A stretch of DNA of 64,000 nt. Origin: an uncultured Verrucomicrobiae bacterium (lineage in GTDB: Bacteria; Verrucomicrobiota; Verrucomicrobiia; Limisphaerales; Palsa-1400). Positions 9,358 through 21,462 of the stretch are shown here, one piece after another. Under the pieces are notes generated by a model, which saw nothing but the letters and a program-made list of their open reading frames with translations, was not told the DNA's origin and ran no database searches. The stretch spans positions 1 to 64,000 of the forward strand of contig OY969763.1 in the NCBI GenBank assembly GCA_963702845.1, in the 5' to 3' direction. A program made the position numbers and the translations under genes. The stretch's first letter is position 1, and each line of letters opens with the position of its first letter.

Positions 9358-11058
9358 ATGGCCGACCAAGTTTCCAATCCGTTGCTCGATTTGATCAAGT
9401 CGCAAAGCTTGCTCGACGACTTGCAATTGGAAGAGGTCACACAAGAACACCTGCGCAGTGGCAAGCCCATCAGCGAAATCCTTGCTGATTTCGGTTTGAT
9501 CGACCAGGACATGCAGCTCCAGATCATCGCCAACCATCTCGGTACCGAGGTTGTTACCATTGGCGAAATCCCAGCCGATGTCATCAAGGCGGTGCCTCCC
9601 GATGCTGCGCGGATGTATCGGTGCATACCGATTGCCGTTTTCGATTCCACCGTCCAGGTTGCCCTTGCTGATCCGCTGAATCCGGCCATCGCCGACGAAC
9701 TCGCTTTCGTCGTTCGCAAAGAGATCATTCCTGTCGTTGCGCATCCGAAAGAAATCGAAAAAGCAATCAGCCGTTACTACGGCGATGCGCAGGATAGCGT
9801 TTCGGACATTCTAAAGGAATTGGGTTCCGACGGCGATCTGGCCAAGGAAGTTGCCGAAGCCAGTGCCAGTGGCTCGGCCAACGATATCACAACCGTCGCC
9901 AATGAAACGCCCATCGTGCGTTTCGTGAACCTCGTGATATTTCAGGCGGTTCAGGACCGTGCATCTGACATTCACTTCGAACCGTTTGAAGATGAATTCA
10001 AGATCCGTTACCGCGTTGACGGCGCGCTCTACGAAATGTCGCCGCCGCCCAAACACTTGGCGCTGCCGGTCATCTCGCGTATCAAGGTTATGTCGAACCT
10101 CGACATTTCCGAACGCCGTCTTCCGCAAGACGGACGTATCAGCATGAATTTGGGCAACAAACCGATCGACTTGCGCGTGTCCAGTTTGCCCACGCAATTC
10201 GGTGAATCCGTGGTGTTGCGCGTGCTCGATCGGTCTGCGGTCAATCTTGATCTTGCCAACATCGGTCTGCCGAAAAATATTCAGGATTACATCAACGAAG
10301 CGATCCTGCAGCCGAACGGAATCTTCGTCGTGACGGGCCCGACCGGTTCCGGCAAAACGACCACGCTTTATTCCGCGCTACGCACCATCAACACGATCGA
10401 TTCAAAGCTGCTGACCGTCGAAGACCCCGTCGAATACGACATCGAAGGCATCATGCAGGTGTCGGTTAACGACGCTGTCGGGATGACATTCGGTAAGGCA
10501 CTCCGCGCATTTCTTCGTCAAGACCCCGACGTTATCATGCTCGGAGAAATGCGTGATCTGGAAACATCTCAGATCGCCATTCAAGCATCACTGACCGGTC
10601 ACTTGGTGTTAAGCACGCTCCACACGAACGACGCTCCCGGCGCTGTCACGCGTTTGGTTGACATGGGCGTCGAACCGTTCCTGATTTCCTCAACGCTGAT
10701 GGCTGTGCTCGCGCAACGTCTCGTGCGTACCATTTGCAAAAACTGCCGCACGCCCTTTGAGCCGACCGAGAGCCAACTTTCGCTGCTCAATCTTTCGCCG
10801 CACGACATTGGTGAAAAGATGTTCTATTACGGCCGCGGTTGCTCGACTTGTCACGACAGCGGGTACAAAGGTCGAAAAGGTATTTTCGAACTGCTCCAAA
10901 TCAGCGAAGCCATCCGCCTGCTCATCAACGAGCGCGCGCCGACGGTCGTTCTGCGCCAAAAAGCGGTTGAACTCGGAATGGTGACCCTGCGCGATGATGG
11001 TCTGCGCAGTATTTTCGACGGTGACACAACGATTGAAGAAATAGTTAAGTACACGTAG
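9358..11058 (+). CDS. pilB: GspE/PilB family assembly ATPase, copy 2
   Basis: [45 protein letters not shown]...CSTC. Confidence 0.92.
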   Translation: MADQVSNPLLDLIKSQSLLDDLQLEEVTQEHLRSGKPISEILADFGLIDQDMQLQIIANHLGTEVVTIGEIPADVIKAVPPDAARMYRCIPIAVFDSTVQVALADPLNPAIADELAFVVRKEIIPVVAHPKEIEKAISRYYGDAQDSVSDILKELGSDGDLAKEVAEASASGSANDITTVANETPIVRFVNLVIFQAVQDRASDIHFEPFEDEFKIRYRVDGALYEMSPPPKHLALPVISRIKVMSNLDISERRLPQDGRISMNLGNKPIDLRVSSLPTQFGESVVLRVLDRSAVNLDLANIGLPKNIQDYINEAILQPNGIFVVTGPTGSGKTTTLYSALRTINTIDSKLLTVEDPVEYDIEGIMQVSVNDAVGMTFGKALRAFLRQDPDVIMLGEMRDLETSQIAIQASLTGHLVLSTLHTNDAPGAVTRLVDMGVEPFLISSTLMAVLAQRLVRTICKNCRTPFEPTESQLSLLNLSPHDIGEKMFYYGRGCSTCHDSGYKGRKGIFELLQISEAIRLLINERAPTVVLRQKAVELGMVTLRDDGLRSIFDGDTTIEEIVKYT

Positions 11059-11096
11059 ACTGGTCGCTTACCGCAAGGTAAGCACTGAAAGGCAAC

Positions 11097-12413
11097 ATGC
11101 CCAGATTTTCATATGTAGCCATGGACTCGCGAGGAAAGGAAACCAAGGGTGTCCTCGAAGTCTCGACGCAAAATGAGGCCATCGGCCGCATTAAAGAAAT
11201 GGGCTTTTTCCCGACGAAAGTTGTTGAAGACAAGGGCGCCGGTCCCGCCGGCGCGGCAGCCGCGAAAAAAGGCAAGGCTGCGGGCAAAGGGAAGGGGATG
11301 AGCATGAATCTCAACATTCGTATTCCCGGCCTGAGTGGTCGTGTGAAAACGAAAGTGTTGACCGTTTTTACTCGTCAGTTGGCAACGCTCGTCCAAGCCG
11401 GTTTGCCTTTGCTGCGCGGATTGCGCGTGCTGCAAAAGCAGGAACGCAACGTTAACCTCAAAAAAATCATCGGCCAACTGGCAGAATCGATCGAAGGCGG
11501 CAGCACTTTCTCCGAAGGTCTCGCCCAACATCCCAAAGTTTTCAATCGCCTTTACGTGAACATGGTGAAAGCTGGCGAACTGGGCGGTGTGCTCGAAGTC
11601 GTCCTCAAGCGCTTGTCCGAGTTCATGGAAAAAGCGCAGAAAATCAAAGGCAAAGTTATCGCGGCCATGTTTTATCCCTGCGCCGTCATGGTCGTCGCGG
11701 TAGCCATTATGGGCGTCTTGATGGTGTTCGTTATTCCCAAATTTAAAGAAATTTTCGAAGGCACACTCGGTAACGGTCGTTCGCTGCCCGGCTTCACTCA
11801 GTTCGTGCTGGGCATCAGCGAAATGATTCAGCACCACATCTTTCGCACAATGCTCATGGTCATCGCGTTGGTGATTATGTTTAACGTTTTCATTCGCACG
11901 AAATTTGGCCGCAGATTGTTTGACCGTTTCAAACTCAATGTCCCGGTCCTTGGCCCGGTTATCAGCAAAGTCGCTATCTCGCGTTTCACCCGTACGCTTG
12001 GCACTCTCGTCAGTAGCGGCGTGCCCATCTTGCAGGCGCTTACCATCGTTAAAGAAACGTCTGGCAACGTCATCGTCGGAGCCGCTGTCGCGTCGGTTCA
12101 CGAGAGCGTCAAAGAAGGTGAAACCATCACCGCCCCGCTCGAAGCCTCGAACATTTTCCCGCCCATGGTCATCAGCATGGTGGACGTCGGTGAACAAACC
12201 GGCGCGCTGCCTGAAATGTTGATGAAGATCGCCGACAACTACGACGAAGAAGTCGACAACGCCGTAGCCGCTATGACGTCGTTGCTCGAGCCAATCATGA
12301 TTGTCGTCCTGGCCGTCATCGTCGGCAGCATCGTGATCGCGATGTTCCTGCCTCTGATCGACCTGATGGAAAACGTCGGCGAAGACGCCAAAGACAAAGC
12401 ACCGGAGAAATAG
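11097..12413 (+). CDS. pilC: Type IV pilus platform protein PilC (GspF family)
   Basis: FTRQLATLVQAGLPL, AGELGGVL, FTRTLGTLVSSGVPIL, GEQTGAL, LLEPIMI. Confidence 0.93.
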   Translation: MPRFSYVAMDSRGKETKGVLEVSTQNEAIGRIKEMGFFPTKVVEDKGAGPAGAAAAKKGKAAGKGKGMSMNLNIRIPGLSGRVKTKVLTVFTRQLATLVQAGLPLLRGLRVLQKQERNVNLKKIIGQLAESIEGGSTFSEGLAQHPKVFNRLYVNMVKAGELGGVLEVVLKRLSEFMEKAQKIKGKVIAAMFYPCAVMVVAVAIMGVLMVFVIPKFKEIFEGTLGNGRSLPGFTQFVLGISEMIQHHIFRTMLMVIALVIMFNVFIRTKFGRRLFDRFKLNVPVLGPVISKVAISRFTRTLGTLVSSGVPILQALTIVKETSGNVIVGAAVASVHESVKEGETITAPLEASNIFPPMVISMVDVGEQTGALPEMLMKIADNYDEEVDNAVAAMTSLLEPIMIVVLAVIVGSIVIAMFLPLIDLMENVGEDAKDKAPEK

Positions 12414-12432
12414 TCGTCGCGCAAATTTCCCA

Positions 12433-12456
12433 CCCTCTCCTCGAAAGAGGAGAGGG
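12433..12456. repeat. GC-rich hairpin after pilC (REP-like element or mRNA stabiliser)
   Basis: CCCTCTCCTC-GAAA-GAGGAGAGGG, perfect 10 bp stem, no U tract. Confidence 0.55.
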
Positions 12457-12645
12457 AAGGAATCCGCAAGTCCTCCACGCTGCCCCTAAATGACATTCAG
12501 AGATTCCCTGAATGGACGTAGCTTGCGTGTTCCTGCATTTTCGCCGAAATGATCGAAATCCGATCAGTGAGCACATGTTCAACAATTCGAGTTGCTTTGT
12601 GGTTGGTGAAATTCGCAACACGCTTTATCGTTGCATTAATTCCAT

Positions 12646-15344
12646 ATGCGACCGCTCGCGCGATTTGTTTGTCTGTTGCTCGTGACTTGTTCACAGGCGT
12701 CGCGCGCAGTTGAGTCAACTAATGACATTATCTGGTCTCTCAAACCCCTTCAGTCATTTTCAGTTCCAGCGAGCAAAAGCAAATGGCCGAAAAACGAAAT
12801 CGACCAATTCATTTTCGCGAAGCTTCAGGAAAAGAAGTTTCAGCCTGCCAAACCAGCCGATAAACGCACACTTTTGCGCCGCGCGACCTATGATTTAACC
12901 GGCCTTCCGCCCACGCCCGAGGAAACGCGCGCTTTTTTAGCGGATCATTCTCCTGATGCTTTCGCGAAAGTTGTCGATCGTCTCCTCGCCAGTCCCCGTT
13001 ATGGGGAATGTTGGGCGCGCCATTGGCTTGATGTCGTTCACTACGCTGATTCACACGGCCACGACCAGGATCGCCCGCGCGAAAATGCATGGCCGTATCG
13101 TGACTACGTCATTCGCGCTTTCAACGAAGACAAGCCCTACGCGCGCTTTGTCCAGGAACAACTCGCCGGCGACGTGCTCTTTCCCGCAGATCCAAACGGC
13201 GTCGTCGCCACTGGTTTCATAGTCGCTGGCCCATGGGATCTCAGTTCCATTATGGCTATTATGGACGACACTCTGGACAAGAAAGTCGCCCTCTACCTCG
13301 ACCGCGACGACATGGTCATGAACACCATGTCCACCTTTACCAGCACCACCGTCCATTGCGCTAGGTGTCATAACCACAAATTTGATCCCATCCCGCAAAA
13401 GGATTACTACGCGCTTCAAGCGGTGTTTGCGGGCGTTGATCGTGCCGATCGCCCATACGACCTCGACGCCGCAACAAACACGAAGCGCCTGGCCCTGCTG
13501 CGCAAAAAACTGGCGCTCGAAATCAACGATCGCAAAACCATCGATGGAATGCTCACCGCTGAAGTGCGTGCAGAAATAGCGGCGTGGGAAAAATCGATAA
13601 ATGGTGAAGGCATTTGGACCGTCCTCGATCCCGACAAATTCACTACCGCGTCGAAAGCTGTCCTGACGAAACAAAAAGACCTATCGCTCCTGGCCAGCGG
13701 CGAATCCCCAAAATCCGACGTCTACACCATCACTGCTAACACCGACCTAAAAAACATCACCGCCGTGAGGCTCGAAGTCCTCACCGATTCCAGTCACCCA
13801 CGCAACGGGCCCGGCCGCCAACCCGATAACGGCAATTTGCATCTTTCCGAGTTTAAAGTTCTTGCCGCTGTAGAAAGGCACAACGACGAACCAACTAATA
13901 AAACTTCAAAATCCCACCGCCGATTTCAATCAAGACGCTTGGACAATTGAAAAATCCATCGATGGCGACACTAACACCGCGTGGGGCGTCTTCCCCGAAA
14001 CCGGCAAACCGCACTACGCAGTTTTTGAGCTAAAGGAAAACGTCGGCTTCGAAAACGGCACCACATTTACATTCGTCCTCGAACAACTCCACGGTCGCGA
14101 ACACACGATTTTACGTCCACGCCTCTCCGTCACGATAAAGCCGCGTCCGGTCAAAGTCGAAGCGTTACCCGACAACATCAAAAAACTCCTCGCAATTAAA
14201 TCCGATCAACGCACCCACGACCAAACGCTCGAACTCGCCGCTTATTACCTCAACCAGCAAGTCGATAAAGAACTCGCCGCGTTACCAAAGCCGCAAATGG
14301 TCTACGCTGCCGCCAACGATTTCACTCCCAAAGGCAATTTCAAACCCGCCCGCGACGCCGCGCCTTGTCGAAGTCCTCAAACGTGGCGACGTCCAAAAAC
14401 CGATGGAACCCGCCACGCCCGGCGCACTTTCCTGCGTCTCTCAACTTGAGCCGCAATTCAACATCGCAGATGAAAAAGACGAAGCAGCCCGACGCGCCGC
14501 TCTCGCTAAATGGATTACGGATCCAAAGAACCCGCTCACATGGCGCAGCATCGTTAATCGCGTTTGGCACTACCATTTCGGGCGTGGCATCGTCGATACC
14601 CCAAACGACTTCGGCAAAATGGGGGCGCAGCCAACGCATCCCGAACTCCTCGATTGGCTTGCCATCTGGTTTCAACAAAGCGGCGGCTCGTTCAAAAAGC
14701 TTCACCGCCTCATCATGCTCAGCGCCGCTTATCGACAGTGCACTGACGACAATCCGCAATTCGACAAAACCGATTCAGACGATCGTTATCTTTGGCGGAT
14801 GAACCGCAGCCGTCTTGACGCCGAAGAAATCCGCGACACCGTCCTCCAACTCTCCGGCAAATTAGACCTGACGATGTACGGCCCGCCGGTGAAACAATTC
14901 AAATACGAGGACTCCAATCCCGACCTCACGCCGCACGCGGACTACACCGCCTTCAACGTCGACGACCCTTCCAATTTCCGGCGCAGCATCTATCGTTTTA
15001 TCTTCCGCACCGTCCCCGATCCATTGATGGACACGCTCGACTGCGCCGACGCCGCCCAACTGACACCCGTCCGCAACGTTTCCATGACCGCGCTGCAAGC
15101 TCTCTCGATGTGGAACAACGCCTTCATCCTGCGCCAAACGGAACACCTCGCCGACCGACTCAAAAAGACGCAGCGCAAACTACCACGCTTGCGCAAACAA
15201 ATCATCTTGCTGTACCAACTCGCCCTCAACCGCGAACCAACTCGCACCGAACTAAACGACCTCACCACGTTCGCCGACAAAGAAGGCCTCGCCAGCGCCT
15301 GCCGTGTCATCTTGAACAGCAACGAGTTTATTTTCGTCAATTGA
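12646..15344 (+). CDS. DUF1549/DUF1553 (PSCyt2/PSD1) protein with CxxCH motif; frameshifts near 13900 and 14370
   Basis: NEIDQFI, LLRRATYDLTGLPPT, YGECWARHWLDV, CARCHNHKFDP, NPLTWRSIVNRVWHYHFGRG, HPELLDWLA, NSNEFIF. Confidence 0.88.
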
Positions 15345-15351
15345 ACAAGCC

Positions 15352-16793
15352 ATGTACCTGAATTCATCGACATCGCGCTCCGTAACACGCCGTGAGTTCC
15401 TGTGGAAATTCGGCGGGGGCCTCGGCGGCATCGCCATGGCACATCTTCTTGGCGAATCAGGTCTGCTCGCCGACACGCCGCGTCCTGAATTTAACGGCGG
15501 CCTTCATCATCCAGCGAAAGTTAAGCGCGTCATCCAACTCTTCATGAACGGCGGCGCGAGCCAATGCGACCTGTTCGATTACAAACCCGAACTCATCAAA
15601 CGCAGCGGTCAAAAATTCGATCCCGGCGAAAAAGTCGAAGCCGCCACCAGCACGCCGGGAAACATGATGAAGAGTCCGTTCGACTGGAAGCAGCACGGCC
15701 AATCCGGTCGCTGGGTCAGCAGCGCTATCCCGCAATATGGCCGAATGCGTCGACGACATGACATTTCTCATGGCCATGCACTCCAAGACAAACGTGCACG
15801 GGCCGGGCGTTTACCTTCAGACCACCGGCTTTCTCCTGCCCGGGTTTCCGTGCATGGGCGCGTGGATTAGCTACGGACTCGGGAGCCTCAATCAAAACCT
15901 GCCCACGTTCGTCGTTTTGCCTGATTCACGCGGCTTGCCTTACAACGCCAAAAGCAGTTTTTCCAGCGGCTTCCTGCCCGTCATGCATCAGGGGACGATC
16001 ATCAAAGCGAGTGCGCAAAATCCCATCGCGGATCTCTTTCCACCGGACTCTGCCAAGTTCGTCACGAAATCTGCCGAAACGAACGGACTCGCGTTATTGC
16101 AAAAACTAAATCGCGACTACGCACAACAACATCCCGGCGACACCCGACTCGATGCTCGTATTGCTTCCTACGAACTTGCCGCTCGCATGCAACTCAGCGC
16201 GCCCGATGTCCTCAATCTCGCCGGTGAAACTGAAGTCACCAAAAAACTCTACGGCCTCGACAAAAAGGAAACCGAAGATTTCGGCCGCAATTGTCTCCTC
16301 GCCCGACGGCTGATTGAACGCGACGTCCGTTTCGTGCAGGTCTGGAGCGGCACCAACGGCTCCGCCGACAACTGGGACAATCACGCCGACATTAAAAAGG
16401 AACTCGGCTATATCACTAACGCCGTCGACCAACCCATCGCCGCGCTCATCAAAGACATGAAAGCCCGCGGCCTCTTCAAAGACACTTTGCTTATCTGGAC
16501 GACTGAGTTTGGTCGCATGCCCTTCAGCCAGGGAAGTGTCGGCCGCGACCACAACGGTGGCACCTTCGTCACTTGGATGATCGGGTCCGGGCCTAAAACC
16601 CGGATACAGCCACGGCGAAAGTGATGATTGGTCATGGCGCGCCGTCAAAAACCAAACCGACTGTTACGACATGCATGCCACCATCCTGCATCTCCTTGGA
16701 ATCAACCACGAGAAACTCACCTTCCGCCACAACGGCATCAACCGCCGCCTTACCGACGTCCACGGCGAACTCATTTCAGAAGTTCTCACCTGA
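15352..16793 (+). CDS. DUF1501 protein with twin-arginine signal; frameshifts near 15735 and 16590
   Basis: TRREFL, AKVKRVIQLFMNGGASQCDLFDYKP, LLARRLIE, WDNH, EFGRMP, GRDHN, RLTDVHG. Confidence 0.88.
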
Positions 16794-16868
16794 AACTTTT
16801 GCGCCTTCATTGTCCCGCGCCCACTACAATGACCCTCATTTTGGGATATTCGTGCGAGTGAAAACTTT

Positions 16869-16891
16869 GTAGCAGCCGACGTGAGAAGACT
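16869..16891. repeat. Possible GTAG-type REP-like unit
   Basis: GTAGCAGCCGACGTGAGAAGACT in intergenic space; GTAG start plus imperfect palindrome; only one copy seen. Confidence 0.3.
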
Positions 16892-16914
16892 CTAATCTCC
16901 CTGCCACCGTTTAA

Positions 16915-18642
16915 ATGAAAATCACAGGAGAACAAACTCGGTTAAGCAGCCGAATGATCATATTTCTGCTGCTTTGCTTGGCCTTCGCGCCGCTCTGTTC
17001 CGCAAGCGCCACTCCGAAGTGTCCCAACATTATCGTCATCCTCGCCGACGATCTTGGATTCTCCGACATCGGCTGTTTCGGCGGCGAAATTCAGACGCCG
17101 AACATCGACTCGCTCGCAAAAGATGGAATCTGCTACACGCAATTTTATAACACGGCCCGTTGCTGCCCGACGCGTGCGTCGCTTTTGACCGGGCTTTATC
17201 CGCACCAAGCCGGAGTCGGCCACATGATGGTCGATCACGGCTTCGACGGCTACCGCAGCAATCTGAACAAAAACTGCGTCACCATCGGGCAAGTGATGCA
17301 CAGCGCGGGTTATCGCACTTATGCTGTCGGTAAGTGGCACGTCACCCATTTCGACGGTCCGAACGATGACAATTCAAATTGGCCGCTGCAGCGAGGCTTT
17401 GAAAAATTCTACGGCACGCTCAAAGGCTACGGCAGTTTCTACGACCCCTCTGCGCTTTGTCGTCAAAATAAATTCATCACGCCCGAGAACGATCCCGAGT
17501 ATAAGCCGAAGCAGTTTTATTACACCGATGCAATCAGCGACAACGCGGTGAAATTCCTGCGTGAGCACAACCAGGAATCGGCCGACAAACCATTTTTTAT
17601 GTATGTCGCCTACACGGCAGCGCATTGGCCGATGCACGCATTGGAACGCGACATCGCCAAATACAAAGGAAAATTCGACACCGGCTACGACCCCGTCCGC
17701 AACGAACGCTTCAAACGCCTCAAAGAAGCCGGCCTCATTGATGCGAGCTGGCAATTGGCGCCAACCGCCGGTAATTGGGACGAAGTCAAACGGAAGCAGT
17801 GGGAGGCGCGCTGTAAGGAAGTGTTCGATGCAATGATCGACAACATGGACCAGGGGATCGGTCGAATCGTCGCGCAGCTAAAGGAGAACAAACAATTCGA
17901 CAATACAGTCATCCTCTACCTGCACGACAACGGCGGTTGCGCCGAAACCATGGGGCGCCTCAAACCACCCGCAAACATTTCTGCAAAACTAAAACCCCTC
18001 GGGCCAAATGATCTCCAGCCAAATCCAAAACCACCGATGCAGACGCGTGACGGTCGCGCGGTGCGCACTGGTCCGGGCGTGATGGCCGGCCCTGCCGATA
18101 CGTTCGTTGCCTACGGAAAAAATTGGGCGAACGTCTCAAACACTCCCTTCCGCGAATACAAACATTGGGTGCATGAGGGCGGCATTTCGACACCACTGAT
18201 TGTGCATTGGTCGGATGGAATTCCAGCGAACCGACGCGGCGAGATCGAGCCTCAAGTGGGTCACGTCATCGACATCATGGCGACGTGTGTTGATCTAGCT
18301 GACGCAAATTATCCGAAACAGTTCGACTCCCGCGACATTAAGGCAATGGAAGGCGTGAGCCTCGTTCCATCATTTGCAGGAAAAGATCTCCAGCGCAAAA
18401 ATCCGATTTTCTGGGAACACGAAAGTAATCGCGCCGTTCGCGACGGCAAATGGAAACTGGTCGCCAAAGCCGATGAGCCGTGGGAACTCTACGACATGGA
18501 GACTGATCGCACCGAAATGCACGATCTCGCGTCAAAGAACCTGGCCAAAGTGAAAGACCTGACGGCAAAATGGGATGTCTGGGCTGCCCGCGCCAACGTC
18601 CTTCCTCTCGGCGCCTGGAAAGACAAACACGCAAAGGAATAA
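16915..18642 (+). CDS. Arylsulfatase (Cys-type S1 sulfatase), signal peptide
   Basis: PNIIVILADDLG, CCPTRASLLTG, GKWH, AAHWPMH, HEGGISTP. Confidence 0.93.
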   Translation: MKITGEQTRLSSRMIIFLLLCLAFAPLCSASATPKCPNIIVILADDLGFSDIGCFGGEIQTPNIDSLAKDGICYTQFYNTARCCPTRASLLTGLYPHQAGVGHMMVDHGFDGYRSNLNKNCVTIGQVMHSAGYRTYAVGKWHVTHFDGPNDDNSNWPLQRGFEKFYGTLKGYGSFYDPSALCRQNKFITPENDPEYKPKQFYYTDAISDNAVKFLREHNQESADKPFFMYVAYTAAHWPMHALERDIAKYKGKFDTGYDPVRNERFKRLKEAGLIDASWQLAPTAGNWDEVKRKQWEARCKEVFDAMIDNMDQGIGRIVAQLKENKQFDNTVILYLHDNGGCAETMGRLKPPANISAKLKPLGPNDLQPNPKPPMQTRDGRAVRTGPGVMAGPADTFVAYGKNWANVSNTPFREYKHWVHEGGISTPLIVHWSDGIPANRRGEIEPQVGHVIDIMATCVDLADANYPKQFDSRDIKAMEGVSLVPSFAGKDLQRKNPIFWEHESNRAVRDGKWKLVAKADEPWELYDMETDRTEMHDLASKNLAKVKDLTAKWDVWAARANVLPLGAWKDKHAKE

Positions 18643-18645
18643 CAG

Positions 18646-20094
18646 ATGAAATACAAAAGGTTCCGCTGCCTTGTTTGCGTTATTCTCGCCGCATTCGTTT
18701 TTCTTTCGAAAAGCGAGGCCGCGCCAAAACCAAACTTTATCGTCATTCTCGCCGACGATCTCGGCTACAACGACCTGAGTTGCTATGGCAGTCCGTTGAT
18801 TAAAACGCCGAACCTCGACCAGATGGCCAAAGAAGGGGTGCGTTTCACAAGCTTCTATGTCGGCGCCCCGGTCTGCTCACCGAGCCGCGCTGCGTTTCTC
18901 ACCGGTTGTTATCCGGCGCGCGTCGGGATGGGCGACGACCTCGTCAACCAACCAGGGTTCGGCGGGAAGGTCACAAAATCTTTTGTCAAAGTCCTCCACT
19001 CAGGATCCAAACTCGGTCTCAACCCGGACGAAACCATCATCCCCGAAATTCTAAAACGGGCCGGATATTTCTCTGGCATCATCGGTAAATGGCATCTGGG
19101 CGACGCGCCTGAATTTAATCCAATTCGCGAAGGCTTCGCCTACTTCTTCGGAGTGCCATACAGCAATGACATGAAGCCGTTCTATTTCATCAACCAAACC
19201 GAGCGTGCGGAAAAAGAGCCGGTCATGGATGAGCTAACAGCGACCTACACCGATCTCGCGAAAAAATTTATTCACGCGCACAAGGATCAGCCGTTCTTCC
19301 TTTATCTTGCGCATAACATGCCGCACACGCCTCTGTCTCCCGGCAAGCGATTCGTTGGGCGGTCTCCACGCGGACCTTACGGTGACGCCGTTGAAGAGGT
19401 CGATTGGAGCGTCGGTGAAATTCTTCAAACACTGAGGGAAGCAAAACTCGATCAGCAAACCCTCGTGATTTTCTTCTCCGATAACGGCCCGTGGCTGGTG
19501 AAAGGCGAGGACGGCGGATCGGCTTTTCCATTGCGCAACGGCAAGACCAGTACCTACGAAGGCGGGTTTCGTGTCCCGTGTGTCATCTGGGGGCCCGGGC
19601 TCCTGAAAAATCCAGGTCGCGTCAGTAGTAAAATTCTCACCGCGATGGATTTTCTCCCAACCTTCGCCGCCATGGCTGGAATTAATCACCATCCCCAAAA
19701 ACCAATCGACGGCCACGACGCCACCGCCCTCATCACCGGCGAGCCTAATTCGACATCGTCGTGGGACCATTTTTATTATTATTTCGGTACCGAACTGCAC
19801 GCTGTTCGCGAACACCAATACAAGCTGCGCGCACAGAATATTCTGCGAAACGAAGACATATACCGTCATGATCAGTTCGACAATGCTCCTATAGCTGAAG
19901 CTCTTTACGACCTGAACCGCGACATCAGCGAACAAAAATCCGTCTTGAAAGATCACGCCGAACTGCAAAAGCATCTCGAATCACTCCTCGACAGCGAACG
20001 TCAAATTCTCGGCGACACGTTGAAGAGCATTAAAGGATCTGAAGATCGCGCACCCGGTTTTTCCGAAAACCCTGTCAATCCACACGGCAAATGA
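18646..20094 (+). CDS. S1 sulfatase, signal peptide
   Basis: PNFIVILADDLG, CSPSRAAFLTG, GKWHLG, SDNG, YEGGFRVP. Confidence 0.93.
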   Translation: MKYKRFRCLVCVILAAFVFLSKSEAAPKPNFIVILADDLGYNDLSCYGSPLIKTPNLDQMAKEGVRFTSFYVGAPVCSPSRAAFLTGCYPARVGMGDDLVNQPGFGGKVTKSFVKVLHSGSKLGLNPDETIIPEILKRAGYFSGIIGKWHLGDAPEFNPIREGFAYFFGVPYSNDMKPFYFINQTERAEKEPVMDELTATYTDLAKKFIHAHKDQPFFLYLAHNMPHTPLSPGKRFVGRSPRGPYGDAVEEVDWSVGEILQTLREAKLDQQTLVIFFSDNGPWLVKGEDGGSAFPLRNGKTSTYEGGFRVPCVIWGPGLLKNPGRVSSKILTAMDFLPTFAAMAGINHHPQKPIDGHDATALITGEPNSTSSWDHFYYYFGTELHAVREHQYKLRAQNILRNEDIYRHDQFDNAPIAEALYDLNRDISEQKSVLKDHAELQKHLESLLDSERQILGDTLKSIKGSEDRAPGFSENPVNPHGK

Positions 20095-21461
20095 ACAAGA
20101 AGATTACTGCATTCATTTTGATTTTGTGCACCGCGATGATTGCGAGTGCCGCCACTCGTCCGAACATCATCATCATCCTTGCCGACGACCTCGGCTACGG
20201 CGATCTCGGTTGTTACGGCCATCCCACCATTCGCACGCCGAACATTGATCGCATGGCGACGGAAGGTCTGCGGTTTACGGATTATTATTCGGGCCAATGT
20301 TATTGCACTCCCAGCCGCGCGGCGCTCATGACCGGTCGCCTCGCCATTCGCAGCGGCATGGCCGGACATGACTCGCGCCATGTCCTCTATCCAAACAATC
20401 CGGGCGGACTGCCTCACGACGAAGTCACAATCGCGAGTGCGTTGAAATCACAGGGCTACGCTACGTTCGCCATCGGCAAATGGCACCTTGGTGATTTGCC
20501 CGATTATCTGCCGACCCGATACGGCTTCGATGATTTCTATGGTCTTCCGTACTCCAACGACAGCGACTGGACTGATCCAAAGTATCGTTCAGCGGACACG
20601 CTGAGCCTTAACCCCGATTTTCATCACTTCGACGTGCCCCTCTATCGCGGCACTAACATTATCGAGCGCCCCGTCGATCAACACACTTTGACCAAGCGCT
20701 ACACCGAAGAAGCGCTCCGGTTCCTTGAACAAAATAAAAAGCATCCATTCTTTCTCTATTTCGCACACACATTCCCGCACGTTCCATTGTTTGCATCCGA
20801 GCGCTTTCGTGGCACCAGTCGACGCGGTCTTTACGGAGACGCGGTTGAAGAACTCGATTGGAGCGTCGGCGAAGTGTTGAATTGGTTAAGGAAAGAACAT
20901 CTCGATAAAAATACATTCGTCGTCTTCACGAGCGATAATGGTCCGTGGCTCCAGAAAAAGTGGAACGGCGGCTCAGCTGGATTATTGCGCGACGGCAAAG
21001 GCGGGACTTGGGAGGGCGGCACACGCGTGCCTGCCATCGCGTGGTATCCCGGCAAAGTCAAACCGGGTCAGACTCACGAACTCGCCAGTGCCATGGATCT
21101 GTTCAACACCAGTTTAATTCTCGGAGGAGCCGACGTTCCAAAAGATCGCCCAATCGATGGCGTGGACCTTAGCCCTATTCTTTTCAAACACGGCAAAAGC
21201 AATCGCGAAGTCCAGTTCTTCTATCAAACAGACGAACTCTTTGCGGTGCGCAAAGGCGACTTCAAAGCGCATTTCTGGACTCACGACGGCTACAGCAAAG
21301 CCAAACCGGAAGCCCACAACCCGCCTTTGCTCTTCAATGTAAGCGAAGATCCCAGTGAGCACTTCGACATCGCTGACAAACATCCGGAAATTATCGCTGA
21401 ACTAACCAGCATCTACGAGCGTCACCGCGCCACCGTCACCCACGGCAAAGCTCAATATTAA
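20091..21461 (+). CDS. S1 sulfatase (arylsulfatase A/GALNS-like), signal peptide
   Basis: PNIIIILADDLGYGD, CTPSRAALMTG, GKWHLG, FPHVP, WEGGTRVP. Confidence 0.93.
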   Translation: MNKKITAFILILCTAMIASAATRPNIIIILADDLGYGDLGCYGHPTIRTPNIDRMATEGLRFTDYYSGQCYCTPSRAALMTGRLAIRSGMAGHDSRHVLYPNNPGGLPHDEVTIASALKSQGYATFAIGKWHLGDLPDYLPTRYGFDDFYGLPYSNDSDWTDPKYRSADTLSLNPDFHHFDVPLYRGTNIIERPVDQHTLTKRYTEEALRFLEQNKKHPFFLYFAHTFPHVPLFASERFRGTSRRGLYGDAVEELDWSVGEVLNWLRKEHLDKNTFVVFTSDNGPWLQKKWNGGSAGLLRDGKGGTWEGGTRVPAIAWYPGKVKPGQTHELASAMDLFNTSLILGGADVPKDRPIDGVDLSPILFKHGKSNREVQFFYQTDELFAVRKGDFKAHFWTHDGYSKAKPEAHNPPLLFNVSEDPSEHFDIADKHPEIIAELTSIYERHRATVTHGKAQY

Positions 21462-21462
21462 T

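Noticed and set aside
8599..12197. Long antisense ORFs (8599-9744, 11109-12197; similarly 21691-22659)
   Set aside because: They shadow well-conserved genes on the opposite strand, have no motifs, and are expected from codon bias
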